Source: an uncultured Holophagales bacterium
Lineage (GTDB): Bacteria > Acidobacteriota > Thermoanaerobaculia > Multivoradales > UBA5704
Assembly (NCBI GenBank): GCA_963842525.1
Contig: CAWJGT010000009.1
Span: 1,568,001-1,632,000, forward strand
DNA: 64,000 bases
Direction: 5' to 3'
Shown here: in pieces, positions 47,641 to 59,439 of the stretch
Numbering within the stretch: the first letter of the stretch is position 1
Layout of the letters: each line of letters begins with the position of its first letter
Translations under genes and position numbers: made by a program
The notes under the pieces: model-generated
Seen by the model: the letters and a program-made list of their open reading frames with translations, nothing else
Database searches by the model: none
Told to the model about the DNA's origin: nothing

Positions 47641-49508
47641 ATGTGCGGTATTACTGGCCTTTTCGATCTGCGTCAACAGTCCAGGATCGATCAAGGCACT
47701 CTTGGCAGAATGGCGCGGAGTATCGTCCACCGGGGGCCGGACTCGGAGGGATATTTCGTCGAAGGCAATGTGGCGCTCGCCTCGCAGCGGCTCAGCATTA
47801 TCGATCTTGAAGGCGGCCATCAGCCCTTATACAACGAGGACAGTTCCCTGGTCCTGGTCTGCAACGCCGAGATCTTCAACTATCGCGAGCTGCGACAGGA
47901 CCTCATCCGGCGCGGTCACAGCTTTCGCACCCGTTGTGACATAGAAGTCTTGCTGCACCTCTACGAGGAGGAGGGGAGCGGTTTCCTCGCCGGCCTCAAC
48001 GCCCAGTTCGCTTTCGCGCTCTACGACCGGAACCAAAGGACGCTCTTGCTCGCTCGCGACCACTTTGGGATCAACCCGCTTTACTTCGGAGTGTTCGATG
48101 GATTCTTCATCTTCGGTTCGGAGATCAAGGCGATCCTGCAGCATCCGGCGGCGCGCAGAGAGGTCGATCTCACCGGGCTCGATCAGATCTTTTCCTTTCC
48201 CGGTCTGGTGAGCCCGCGGACGATGTTCAAAGGGATCTCCAGCCTCAAGAGCGGTCACTACATGATCGTCAAGGACGGCTGTGTGACAGTACGGGAGTAC
48301 TGGGATCTCGAATATCCGAAGGTCGGTGAGGAGCCGGAGGAGCGCACGGAGGAATACTATGTGGAACGACTGCGGGAGTTGTTTTTCGATTCCGTGCTCC
48401 GGCGCCTCCAGGCTGATGTACCGGTCGGCTTTTATCTGAGTGGCGGCCTGGACTCGTCGCTGATCGCCGCCGCCATCGGCTCTGTATGCCCCGGGAGCGC
48501 CCGGCGTTCCTTTTCGATCGACTTCGCCGATCGCAATATGTCTGAGGCACAGAGCCAGGACCTGATGGCCATGCACGTCGGGTCGGTGCATGAACGGATC
48601 GTGTTTGACTGGCGCGCGACCAGTGAACGGCTGCCGCGGATGATCTACCACAGTGAGTGTCCGGTCAAGGAGACCTATAACACCTGTACCCTGGCGCTCT
48701 CGGAGGCAGCGCGGCGGGCCGGCGTCCCGGTCGTGCTGACGGGGGAAGGAGCGGATGAGCTCTTCGCCGGCTATGTCGGCTATCGCTTCGATTCCTTTCG
48801 GCAGCACAAGGAGAAGCGGTACGACCTTGAGACCATCTTGGAGGATGAGATCCGGGAGCGGATCTGGGGCAGCAAAGAGATCTTCTACGAGATCGATCAC
48901 CACGCTTTCTGCGAGACCAAGGGAGCGCTTTACAGTTGTGGTGTCAACGAGACCTTTCCGGAGTTCGACTGCCTGCGCCACGAGCTGGTCGACAAGGAGC
49001 GGCTGCGAGACCGGCACCCCATCAACAGGCGTTCGTATCTGGACTTCCACCTGCGGCTTGCGGACCATCTGCTCGCCGATCATGGTGACCGGATGGCACT
49101 CGCGCACTCTGTTGAGGGACGCCATCCCTTCCTCGACCTGCAGCTCGTCGAGTTCTGCCGGGAGCTCCTCCCCATTTCAAGATCAATAACATGCAGGAGA
49201 AATATATTCTCCGTAAGGTCGCGGCGGGGCTCATACCGGAACAGATCGCCAGCCGTGAGAAGTTCGGCTGGTTCTCCTCGGGCAGTTGCGATCTTCTGCA
49301 GGAGAACGATGCGTGGGCTCTGGACATGCTCTCTTATGAGCGCATCCGACGCCAGGGCTATTTCAACCCTGACACTGTGGAGAGGCTCAAGCGGCAGTAT
49401 GCGCGGCGGGGCTTCAAGCTCAACTTCCCGTTCGAGAGCGACCTGCTGATGATTGTCCTGACCTTCGGTTTGTTGCTCGATCTCTTCGAGTTGCCCGCTT
49501 TTGGCTAA
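47641..49508 (+). CDS. Asparagine synthetase (glutamine-hydrolysing)-like amidotransferase; one frameshift near 49168
   Basis: N-terminal MCGITG (Ntn Cys), HRGPD, RLSIID, LARDHFG, LSGGLDSS, TGEGADELF and VEGRHPFLD. The C-terminus (EKYILRK...) lies in ORF 49191..49508 and is restored by adding one C. Confidence 0.9.
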
Positions 49509-49528
49509 GAGCGATCAGGAGGCCTGCA

Positions 49529-50518
49529 ATGAAAGAGTACGTCTTCGATCCGGAACAGGGCCTGCCCCTGATCATCGAGGCCGCGGTTTCAGCCAGCGGC
49601 CCGCCGAGCCTCGACCTCCTCTCCACCCGGGTACAGCAGAACGCAGAGCGTGTCGAGACGATGCTTCTGCACCATGGCGCCTTGCTCTGGCGCGGCTTCG
49701 GAGTCAAGACTCCGGCAGGCTTCCGGCGGTTCGTCCGCTCCGTTGCCGGAGATCTCCTTGACTATGTGGACGGCAATTCGCCGCGGACCAAGCTGGCAAG
49801 CGGTGTCTATACGTCGACGGAGTACCCCCCGGAGTACTTCATCTCGCTGCACAATGAGCTGTCCTATTCTCACCGCTGGCCGGGGAGGCTCTTCTTCTGC
49901 TGCATCACGGCACCAGAGGCCCAGGGAGAGACGGTGATCGCCGACAGCCGCGCCATCCTCGCAGCGCTCAGCCCGGATCTGGTTGAGGAGTTCAAGCGGA
50001 AAAAGGTCAAGTACATCCGCAACCTGCATGGCGGGGAGGGGTTCGGGCCCTCGTGGCAAGAGACTTTCGAGACCCGCGACCGCGCGACGGTGGAGAGTTA
50101 CTGCCAGGAGGCAGGGATGAGCTACGAGTGGAAAGAGGGCGGTGTGCTCAAGGTCAGTCACACGCGCCCTGCGGTCGCGCAGCATCCCAAGACCGGCGAG
50201 TGGGTCTGGTTCAATCAGGCGGACCAGTTCCATCCTTCGACCCATCCCCAAGGGATCTATGAGGCTCTCATGTCGCTGTACCGGAATCGCGAGGAGAACC
50301 TGCCGCAGAACGTCTGCTTTGGAGACGACACGCAGATCGATATCGCGATGCTGGAGGAGGTCCGCGCCGTGACCCGTCGCCTTGCCGTGTATTTTCCTTG
50401 GTGCGAAGGGGACGTCCTGATGCTGGACAACATGCTCGTCTGCCACGGCAGGGCGCCGTTCTCGGGCCCGCGCAAGATTCTTGTCTCCATGGCGGACGTC
50501 CAAGGCGGTGAGAGTTGA
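49529..50518 (+). CDS. Stand-alone SyrP/TauD-family dioxygenase
   Basis: AGGAGG RBS; HGALLWRGF, YTSTEYP, LHNELSY, WFNQA and DNMLVCHGR motifs. Confidence 0.93.
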   Translation: MKEYVFDPEQGLPLIIEAAVSASGPPSLDLLSTRVQQNAERVETMLLHHGALLWRGFGVKTPAGFRRFVRSVAGDLLDYVDGNSPRTKLASGVYTSTEYPPEYFISLHNELSYSHRWPGRLFFCCITAPEAQGETVIADSRAILAALSPDLVEEFKRKKVKYIRNLHGGEGFGPSWQETFETRDRATVESYCQEAGMSYEWKEGGVLKVSHTRPAVAQHPKTGEWVWFNQADQFHPSTHPQGIYEALMSLYRNREENLPQNVCFGDDTQIDIAMLEEVRAVTRRLAVYFPWCEGDVLMLDNMLVCHGRAPFSGPRKILVSMADVQGGES

Positions 50519-50533
50519 ATAGCAGGAGGAGCC

Positions 50534-53500
50534 ATGAGCTTTGAGAGCATCCAGGATCTCTTTTCTCGTGCTGCCGAGAGGAACCTCGATCGGATCGCGA
50601 TCGATCAGGATGGCAACCCCTTCACCTATCGCGAGCTCGAGGCGAAGTCGAACCGGCTGGGCAACCTCCTGATCGGGCGCGGTGCGGCGCGAGGCAGTGT
50701 CGTCGGTCTGCTCGCGGACCAGCGTTCTACCGTCATCATCGGAACCTTGGGTATTCTGAAAGCGGGATGCACTTTCGTGCCGCTCGACCCCAGCGTACCC
50801 AAGGCTCGCCTCAGGCAGATGGTCACGGAGGCTGCGCCGGACTGGTTCGTGTGCGAAACGGAGGAGCTTCTCCTGCTGGCGCAGATCGCACCTGCCGGAG
50901 TGCCTGCGATCTGTTTGGACAGCACGGGGGAAGAGGACGGAGCGGGCGGCGCACACCTCGGCGCCGACACCGCCAGACCCGCCGTGGCCTCCGATCCCGA
51001 CGACATGGCCTACATCTATTTCACCTCCGGCTCGACCGGCCGGCCGAAAGGGATCGCGGGACGGCTCAAGGCGATCGATCATTTCATCCGTTGGGAGATC
51101 GAGACGCTCGGCCTCCAGCCCGGATGCCGGGTGAGCCAGCTCACCACGCCAGCCTTCGACGCCTTCCTGCGCGACGTCTTCGTCCCGCTCTGCGCCGGTG
51201 GCGCCGTTTGCGTCCCCGAGAGCCGCGGCATTGTGCTGGACGCACAGCGGCTCGTGGACTGGATCGACCTTGCAGAGATTGAGCTGATCCATTGTGTACC
51301 TTCGCTCTTCCGGTCGATCCTCAACGCGGACCTGAATCCCGATTACTTCGCGGCCTTGCGGTACATCCTGCTGGCGGGTGAGCCCCTGCTGCCGGCCGAT
51401 GTCGCCCGATGGATGAAGGTCTTCGGCGAGCGCGTCCAGTTGGTGAACCTGTACGGACCGACTGAGACCACAATGACGAAGCTCTTCCATTTCGTCACGG
51501 CTGCTGACTGCGAGCACAAGTCGGTTCCCATCGGCAAGCCCATGCCCGGCGCGCGAGCCCAGGTCATCGGCCCGGATGGCAAGGCCTGTGCGCCGGGTAC
51601 CGTGGGTGAGATCTATATCCGGACCCCTTTCCGCTCACTGGGTTATTATCGCCAGCCGGAGATGACCGCGGAGGTCTTTGTCAAGAATCCCTTCACCCAG
51701 GATCCCTCCGACCTTCTGTACCGTACGGGAGACCTTGGACGGGTCCTGCCGGACGGGAGCTTCGAATTCCTCGGGCGCAAGGACAACCAGGTGAAGATCC
51801 GCGGCGTTCGGGTGGAGCTGGGTGAGATCGAGAACCTCTTGCGCACGCATGAGATGGTCGAGGACGTCGCAGTTGTGGACCGTGAAGACAACAACGGGAT
51901 GAAGTCGCTCTGCGCATACCTGGTTCTGAAGCACCCGATCGAACCCGGCGCTCTGCGAGAGCTCCTGCTCGCTTCCTTGCCGGACGTGCTCGTGCCTTCC
52001 CGTTTCGTTGTCTTGGAGGAGCTGCCGCGCACGCTCACGGGCAAGGTGGACCGCAAGGCCCTGCCTGCGCCGGAGTCTCAGCTCTCCAACTCGGCGGGCT
52101 TCGTAGAACCTCGCTCGCTCGCCGAGCAGCTGCTGGCCGGGATCTGGTGTGATCTGCTCGGAATCCAGAGGGTCGGGATCCACCACAGCTTTTTCGAGGT
52201 CGGAGGCCACTCGCTGCTGGCCACCCAGCTCCTCTCGCGGATCCGCTCTACCTTTGAGGTCGAGCTGCCGCTGGGCCAGATGTTTGAGGCCCCTACCATC
52301 GCCGGGCTGGCAGCGAGCATCGAGGCGGCCCGCCAGAAAGTGGGGGCGGTGCAGGCACCGCCGCTGCGGCCCGTGCCGCGCGACAGGAGATTGCCTCTGT
52401 CCTTCGCCCAACAGCGGCTCTGGTTTCTCGACCGGCTGGAGCCGGCAAACCCAGCCTACAACATCCCGCACGCCGTGCTGCTCGTCGGGCCCCTGGACCT
52501 TGCCGCGATGCAGCGGGGGCTCGAGGCGATCTTCCGGTGCCACGAAGCCCTCCGTACGATCTTTCCTCTGACAGACGGGGAGCCAGCCCAGGTCGTCTGT
52601 GCTGCCGGAGCCGTGCCGCTGCCGGTTGTGGATCTCCGCGGATTGTCCGGGGTGCCGCTCGCGGCCGAGCGAGCGCGCCTGACTGCGGAGGAGGCCGTCC
52701 GCCCGTTTCTTCTCTCCCGCGACCGGATGTTACGTGCCCTGTTGCTGCGCACAGGTGAGGCGGAGCACGTGCTGCTGTTGACCATGCACCATATCGCTTC
52801 CGACGCATGGTCGATGTCCCTGCTGGTCCGGGAGTGGATGAGCTTCTATCTGGCATTCGCAGCCGGACTCTCCCCATCCTTGAGCCCTCTCCTGATCCAG
52901 TACGCGGATTTCTCCTGCTGGCAACGTGAGTGGCTGCAGGGAGAGACCAAGGAGGCGCTGGTCCACTACTGGAAACGTCAACTGGCCGGCTGCCCGCCTT
53001 TCCTGGATCTGCCGACGGATCGTCCCCGGCCCGCCGTCCAGAGCTTCCCGCGGGTCGTTCGTGGGATTCCGCCTGAGCCGCCGCCTGCGAGAGGACCTCG
53101 AAAGGTTGAGCCGCAGCAAGAATACAACCCTGTTCATGACGTTGCTGGCGTCTTTCCAGATCCTGCTGTCCCGCTGTACGGGGCGGGAAGACATCGTCGT
53201 CGGGACCCCGACCGCCGGGCGCAACCGGGCAGAGCTCGAGCAGATCATCGGTTTCTTCATCAATCCGGTCGTGCTGCGGCTCGATCTCGGCGGGAGACCG
53301 ACTTTGACCGAGCTCCTCGGCCGGACGCGCCGTGTGGTCCTCGGTGCCTTGGCTCATCAGGATCTTCCTTTCGAGATCCTGGTCGAGGAGCTGCGGCCGT
53401 TGCGGGACCGCAGCCGCGCACCGGTCTACCAGGTGGCGTTCGGCCTCCAGAACGTCCCTGCGGCCCAGGTGAGCATGCGCGACGTCGACCTGCGGAGCCT

Positions 53501-56500
53501 CGGGCAGACGACGACGACGGCGAAGCTCGATCTCGATCTGAACATGGGCGACGCGGAGGACGGGCTCGGCGGATCCCTGGAATACAACACGGACCTGTTC
53601 GACCGCACCACGGCCCAGCGCTTCCTCCAGCATTTCTCCCGCCTGCTCGAAGACATCGTCGGCGACCCGGACCAGAGGATCTCGGACCTGCGGCTGTTGG
53701 GTGATCCCGAGGTCCAGCAGCTGCTGGTCGAGTGGAACGACACGGCTGCCAGGGGAGGGGAGGGTGGGATCCACGAGATCATCGCGGCACAGGCCGAGCG
53801 CCAGCCGAATGCGCTCGTCGTCGTCTTCGGCGAGGAGCGCCTGACGTACCTTGATCTGGATCGCCGCGCCAATCAGGTGGCCCGGTATCTCTCTTCTCTC
53901 GGAGTCGGGCCTGAGGTCCTGGTCGGGCTCTGCCTGGAGCGCTCTCTCGACATGGTGGTAGGGCTGCTGGGGGTCATGAAGGCCGGCGCCGCCTATCTCC
54001 CGTTGGATCCTTCCTACCCGGCCGGAAGGCTGGCGTTCATGTTGGAGGATGCTCAGCCCTCGGTGTTGCTGACGAACGAGCAAGCCGCCCAACGCCTGCC
54101 GGTCTACTGGGGGCTCACCGTGAGCCTGGATGGGGAACGTGCAGCGATCGCCGCGGCGGGCGAAGGGCGGCTGGACGGCGGCGCAGGACCGGAGAACACC
54201 GTTTACGTGATCTACACTTCCGGCTCGACGGGCTCGCCGAAGGGGGTGGCGGTGTCGCACCGCGGGTTGCACAACCTGGCCGAGGCGCAGATGCGAGGTT
54301 TCGGCTTGACCAGGGAGAGCCGGGTCCTCCAATTCGCCTCGTTGAGCTTCGATGCTTCGATCTCGGAGATCGCGATGACCTTGTGCGCCGGGGCGGCTTT
54401 GCATCTGGCGCCACGCGAGGTCCTGATGTCGGCGCAGAGCCTTGCCCGGCTTATCGAGGACAGCGGGATCACGCATGTCACTCTCCCCGCTTCGCTGCTG
54501 TCGTCGCTCGATCCTGGCGATCTCCCTTCCGCGATCACGGTCATCGCCGCGGGTGAAGCCTGTCCTGCTGAGCTGGTGGAGCGTTGGACGTCGAGGCACC
54601 GGCTCTTCAATGCCTACGGGCCCACCGAGAGCACCGTATGCGCCAGCTTCGACCGTTGTGCGGAAGGCGACCAGCCATCGATCGGCCGCCCGATCGACAA
54701 CCTCCAGACCTATCTTCTCGATGATTGCTCCCGGCCCGTGCCGGTCGGGGTGGTGGGTGAGCTCCACATCGGGGGACTGGGGCTGGCGCAAGGTTACCTG
54801 CGCCGGCCTGACCTGACGGCGGAGAGGTTCATCCCCGGGCCGCTCGGGCAGCCAGGGGCGCGGCTGTACCGGACGGGCGACCTGGCCCGCTATCGCGCCG
54901 ACGGCCGCCTCGACTTCGTCGGCCGCCGCGATCAGCAGGTCAAGGTCAGGGGCTTTCGGATCGAGCTCGGCGAGGTCGAGGCAGCGCTGCTGCAATATCC
55001 TGGGGTGCGGGAAGCCGCGGCTCTCGCGCGCGGCAAATCCTTGGCGGAGCGCCGCCTCGTGGCCTATCTGAGCTGCCGCCAGCCGGAGAGGCCCGCAGCG
55101 CTGGAGGTGCGCCGCTTCCTCCAGGGCCGCCTGCCCGACTACATGATCCCTTCGGTGTTCGTATTCCTGGATGCGCTGCCGCTGCGCCCGAACGGCAAGA
55201 TCGACCGCGACGCCCTCCCTGAGCCTGGGATCCAGGTGGCCCAGGAGAACAATGGTCACGCGGTGCCTCGCAACCCGGTCGAGGAGACGCTCGCCGACAT
55301 CTGGGCGGAGGTGCTCGGGATCGACCGGGTGGGGATTCACGAGAGCTTCTTCGATCTCGGCGGCTACTCGCTGTCCGCGACCCAGGTGCTGGCCAGGGTG
55401 CGCGAGTCCTTCGGGGTGGAATTGAGCCTCGGTCGCTTTTTCGAACGGCCGACGATCGCGGCGTTCGGGGCGGACGTGGAGCAGGCGATCCGCTCCGGGA
55501 ACGTTCAGATCCCGCGACGGCCGGCCTCCCGCACCGGCGACCTGCCGCTCTCCTTCGCTCAGGAGGTGGTCTGGCTCGCCGAGCAACGGGAGCCCGGTCG
55601 GTATGCGGCCCACGTCCCCTTCGCCTTCCGCTTGAGCGGGGACCTCGACGTGGCGGCTCTCGAAGCGAGCCTCAACGAGATCGTGCGGCGCCATGAGGTT
55701 TTGCGCACGACGTTCCCTGTCGCCGCTGGCGTGCCGTGCCAGAGAGTCCACCCGTTCCAACGCCTGCCGCTGCGCACGATCGACTTCGAGGCTGTGCCGC
55801 AGAGCGGGCAACTGGCTGCGGTGACCGATCTGGCACGGCAGGAGGCGAGGCGGCTTTTCGACCTGGAGCGGGGCCCTCTCACCCGCTGGCTGCTCTTTCG
55901 TCTGGATTCTCGGGAGCATGTGCTCCTGCTGGTGTGCCACCACATCGTCATCGATCAATGGTCCGGCGGCATCTTCTCCCAGGAGATCAAGGAGCTTTAT
56001 CAAGCCTTCCTGGAAGGCCAGGCCGTACCCCTGGCGGAGCTGCCCGTCCAGTATGCGGACTTCGCCTCCTGGCAGAGACAGTGGTTGCAGGGAGAGGTCC
56101 TCGAGGCCCAACTGGCCTACTGGCGCCACCGACTGGCGGGCGCCGCGGCGCTCGCGCTGCCCACGGACGCTCCGCGGTCAGCAGCCCTCTCTGCCCACAG
56201 CGCCGACGTTTCCGTGCTCCTCTCGCCGACGGTCACTGCGGCCCTCCATGCGCTGAGCCGGCGGCAGGGCGCCACCTTGTTCATGACCTTGCTGGCGGCT
56301 TACAAGCTCCTGCTCCATCATTTCACGGGTCAGAGCGACATCGTCGTCAGCTCTCCGATCGCCAACCGCAGATGGCGCGAGATCGAACCTCTGATCGGCT
56401 TCTTCCCGAACATGCTGCTCCTCCGCACCGATGTCGGACGGGCTGCCAGCTACCTGGACCTGCTGCGCAGGGTGAGAGAGGTTACGCTCGAGGCCTACAC

Positions 56501-56930
56501 CCACCAGGACCTCTCCTTCGAAGTCCTGGCGGAGAAGATCGGCGAGGTCGCGTCGCGAGAATTCCTGCGCGTTTCTTGCAATTTCTATAATGCGCCCGCG
56601 CCGCCGCTGCAGCTCAAGGGGCTCAGCCTGACGCGTGTCGACGTGGGACTGGAGTTGACGGAGACCGACCTGGTGCTCCTCCTTCAGGAGTCTCCGCTAG
56701 GCCTCCGGTGCGGATTCTTCTATCGGCGAGACCTCTTTAAGCCGGGGACGATGGTCCGGTTGAAGGAACGGTTTCAGGCACTGCTGGAAAGCGTCGCCGC
56801 CGATCCCGAGCAGACGCTTGCGGATCTGATGCAGGAGATGGACAAGGTCGGAGGCGAGGTCGGCGCGGTGGGCGCGAGGTTCTTCCCCCTGACGCAACCT
56901 GGATCGCGAGAGCAGTGGGACCTGTGGTGA
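50534..56930 (+). CDS. NRPS A(iso-Asp-like)-T-C-A(Tyr)-T-C, no thioesterase; one frameshift near 53047
   Basis: ORFs 50534..53704 and 52926..56930 join as QSF-RGSFVGFRL on removing one C. Codes DARHLALMTK and DASTIAAVCK (Tyr); last carrier GGYSL; terminal C HHIVIDQW. Confidence 0.92.
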
Positions 56931-57003
56931 TGAGGGTGTGCCGTCGGCAAGTGATCTGATAATGGGAGCAGGAGGGCATGAGTCAACAAGCCGGAGGGGT
57001 ACG

Positions 57004-59415
57004 ATGAAAGACATGCTGTGGCAGAGCCTGCGCTATTCCGCCCGCACGCTGATCAAGAGTCCCTCGTTCAGCGTTGTCGCCATCCTGGCGCTCGCCCTTG
57101 GGATCAGCGGCAATACGGTGATCTTCAGTGCCCTGAGCGCCATCCTCATGCGGCCTCTCCCCTATGAGGACGCAGATCGACTGGTCTTGATCTGGGAGAC
57201 GGACGCCGGGCAGGCGATGACGGATAGCGTGGTCCCTGAGAACTTCTTCACCTGGCGCCAGGAGAGCCGTTCCTTCGAGCAGATGGCCGGCTACTTCCCC
57301 TTCTTCCGCTTGACCCTCCTCGGAACGGACCGGCCTGAAGAGGCGATGGGGGCCAGCGTGACGGGCAACTTCTTCAGCACTTTAGGTGCTCAGGCCGCCT
57401 TCGGCAGGACGTTCTCCACGGCGGCCGGCCCGGATCCCGGCGTCGTCCTCAGCGACGGGCTCTGGCATCGGCTGTTCGCCGCGGACCCGAAGGTCATCGG
57501 CAAGGCGCTTCATCTGAGCGGTGAAGTCTACCAGGTCCTCGGTGTGATGCCGAAGGGGTTCCAGTTCCCCGAAGGTGCCGAGTTGTGGGTACGGGCGCCG
57601 GAGGACCTCCCTCGACTGCCCATGGAGATCGACCCGGGAGAGTTGAGGCAGATCCGCTACATGCGGGTCCTCGCACGCATGCGGCAGGGGACGACCGTGC
57701 CGCAGGCGAGGGAAGAGCTCGCCGCCATCCACTCCCGGCTGGACCGCGGCCGTAGCGTCAATCTGGTGCCGCTGCGAAACCATTTGCTGGGCAACGTCCG
57801 CCCCGTCCTCATGGTCCTGATGGGGGCCGTCGCGCTGGTGCTGCTCATCGCCTGCATCAATGTCGCCAATCTGCTCTCCGCCCGGGCCACCGGGCGGCAC
57901 CGGGAGATGGCCGTCCGATTGTCCCTGGGTGCCGGCCGGAACCATCTGGTCAGGCAATTGCTGGCCGAAAGCGTTCTGCTCGCTCTGGTGGCAGGGGCCC
58001 TCGGATTGCTCCTGGCTCGTTGGGAGCTGAGTCTCCTCCTGAAGTTCATTCCCGTGGACGTCCCTCGCCTCGACGAGATCGGTCTCAACGGTTGGGTGCT
58101 GGTTTTTACCGCGGGGATCTCGGTGCTCACCGGAATCCTCTTCGGTCTGTTGCCGGCCCTGCAGAGCTCGAGCCCCGATCTCGTCGAATCCTTGAAGGAC
58201 GGGGCAAAGGGAAGCAAGGGACCGCGCCGTCAGCGGACCCAGACTTCCCTTCTGGTCTGGGAAGTCGCGATGACCCTGGTGCTGCTGATCGGAACGGCTC
58301 TGCTTTTACAAAGCTTCTTGGGGCTTCAGCGGGTCGATCCTGGTTTCAACAGCTCGCGGCTCCTTACCTTCAAGGTTACCCTGCCGGCTTCCAAGTATTC
58401 TGAGCCGGCTCAGATGGCGAGCTTTTTCGATCGCCTTCTCGGTCGCCTGGAGGCCATGCCGGACCTGGAGGCCGCTGTTGCCTCGCTGACTCCCCCTCCT
58501 GTCAGTAACGACATCAAGAGCGCCTTCCTGATCGAGGGCAGGCCGGCTCCGCCTCCCGACCAGGAGCGCGCGGAAGGGACGGAGTTCGTCAGCCCGCACT
58601 ACTTCCGAGCCCTCGGCATCCCGCTGCTCAAAGGACGCGAGTTCACGCCGCAAGACACTGCCGAGGCGCCGGGGGTCGCTGTCGTCAGCGCTGCGATCGC
58701 ACAGCAGTATTGGGGAGAACAGGACCCGATCGGGCAGCGGATCACCTATGACAACCCAGCCGATCCGGAGGCGAGGTGGTTCACGATCGTCGGAGTTGTC
58801 GGGGACGTGCGGGCGGTGGGATTCCAGCAGGCCGTCCGCCCCATGGTCTACAGGCCCTACAAGCAGCAGCCCTGGCCCTTCATGACCTTGATGCTGCGGA
58901 CCCGGAGCAACCCCGAGGATGCGGTGCCCCTGGTACGGCGGGCTGTGGCGGAGATCGATCCGGAGCAACCGATCGCAAACGTCAGTCCCATGGATCAAAC
59001 CATCGCGCAAGCCGTGGCCCAGCCTCGGTTTACCTTGCTGGTCGTCGCTGTCTTCGCCGTCATGGCCACCCTGCTCGCGGCGTTAGGAATCTACGGCGTC
59101 GCCGCCTATTCTGTGACCCAACGCCAGCACGAGATCGGGCTGCGGATAGCGCTCGGAGCTGAGCGGAGGGCTATCATGGGGCAGTTCCTCCGGCAAGGGC
59201 TCTGGTGGACCTTGCTCGGCATTCTCCTCGGCCTGGGCGGAGCGCTGGCTCTCACTCGGGTTCTGCGCAGCCTGCTCTTCGGGGTCAGCGCCATGGACGT
59301 GGGAACCTACGCCGGGGTATCCGTGCTGTTCATCATCATTTCACTCCTAGCGAACCTGATCCCAGCCTATCGCGCTTCCAGGGTAGAGCCTGGGGTCACC
59401 TTAAAAGCGGAGTAG
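57004..59415 (+). CDS. ABC transporter permease, duplicated MacB/FtsX type (ADOP-like)
   Basis: ATG 57004 with GGAGGGG RBS; LRYSARTLIKSPSFSVVAILALALGI N-terminus; LLIACINVANLL, REMAVRLSLGAGR, HEIGLRIALGA and IPAYRASRVEP motifs; two periplasmic/TM repeats. Confidence 0.92.
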   Translation: MKDMLWQSLRYSARTLIKSPSFSVVAILALALGISGNTVIFSALSAILMRPLPYEDADRLVLIWETDAGQAMTDSVVPENFFTWRQESRSFEQMAGYFPFFRLTLLGTDRPEEAMGASVTGNFFSTLGAQAAFGRTFSTAAGPDPGVVLSDGLWHRLFAADPKVIGKALHLSGEVYQVLGVMPKGFQFPEGAELWVRAPEDLPRLPMEIDPGELRQIRYMRVLARMRQGTTVPQAREELAAIHSRLDRGRSVNLVPLRNHLLGNVRPVLMVLMGAVALVLLIACINVANLLSARATGRHREMAVRLSLGAGRNHLVRQLLAESVLLALVAGALGLLLARWELSLLLKFIPVDVPRLDEIGLNGWVLVFTAGISVLTGILFGLLPALQSSSPDLVESLKDGAKGSKGPRRQRTQTSLLVWEVAMTLVLLIGTALLLQSFLGLQRVDPGFNSSRLLTFKVTLPASKYSEPAQMASFFDRLLGRLEAMPDLEAAVASLTPPPVSNDIKSAFLIEGRPAPPPDQERAEGTEFVSPHYFRALGIPLLKGREFTPQDTAEAPGVAVVSAAIAQQYWGEQDPIGQRITYDNPADPEARWFTIVGVVGDVRAVGFQQAVRPMVYRPYKQQPWPFMTLMLRTRSNPEDAVPLVRRAVAEIDPEQPIANVSPMDQTIAQAVAQPRFTLLVVAVFAVMATLLAALGIYGVAAYSVTQRQHEIGLRIALGAERRAIMGQFLRQGLWWTLLGILLGLGGALALTRVLRSLLFGVSAMDVGTYAGVSVLFIIISLLANLIPAYRASRVEPGVTLKAE

Positions 59416-59439
59416 GGCCGACAGTCAGGGAGAGACCCC

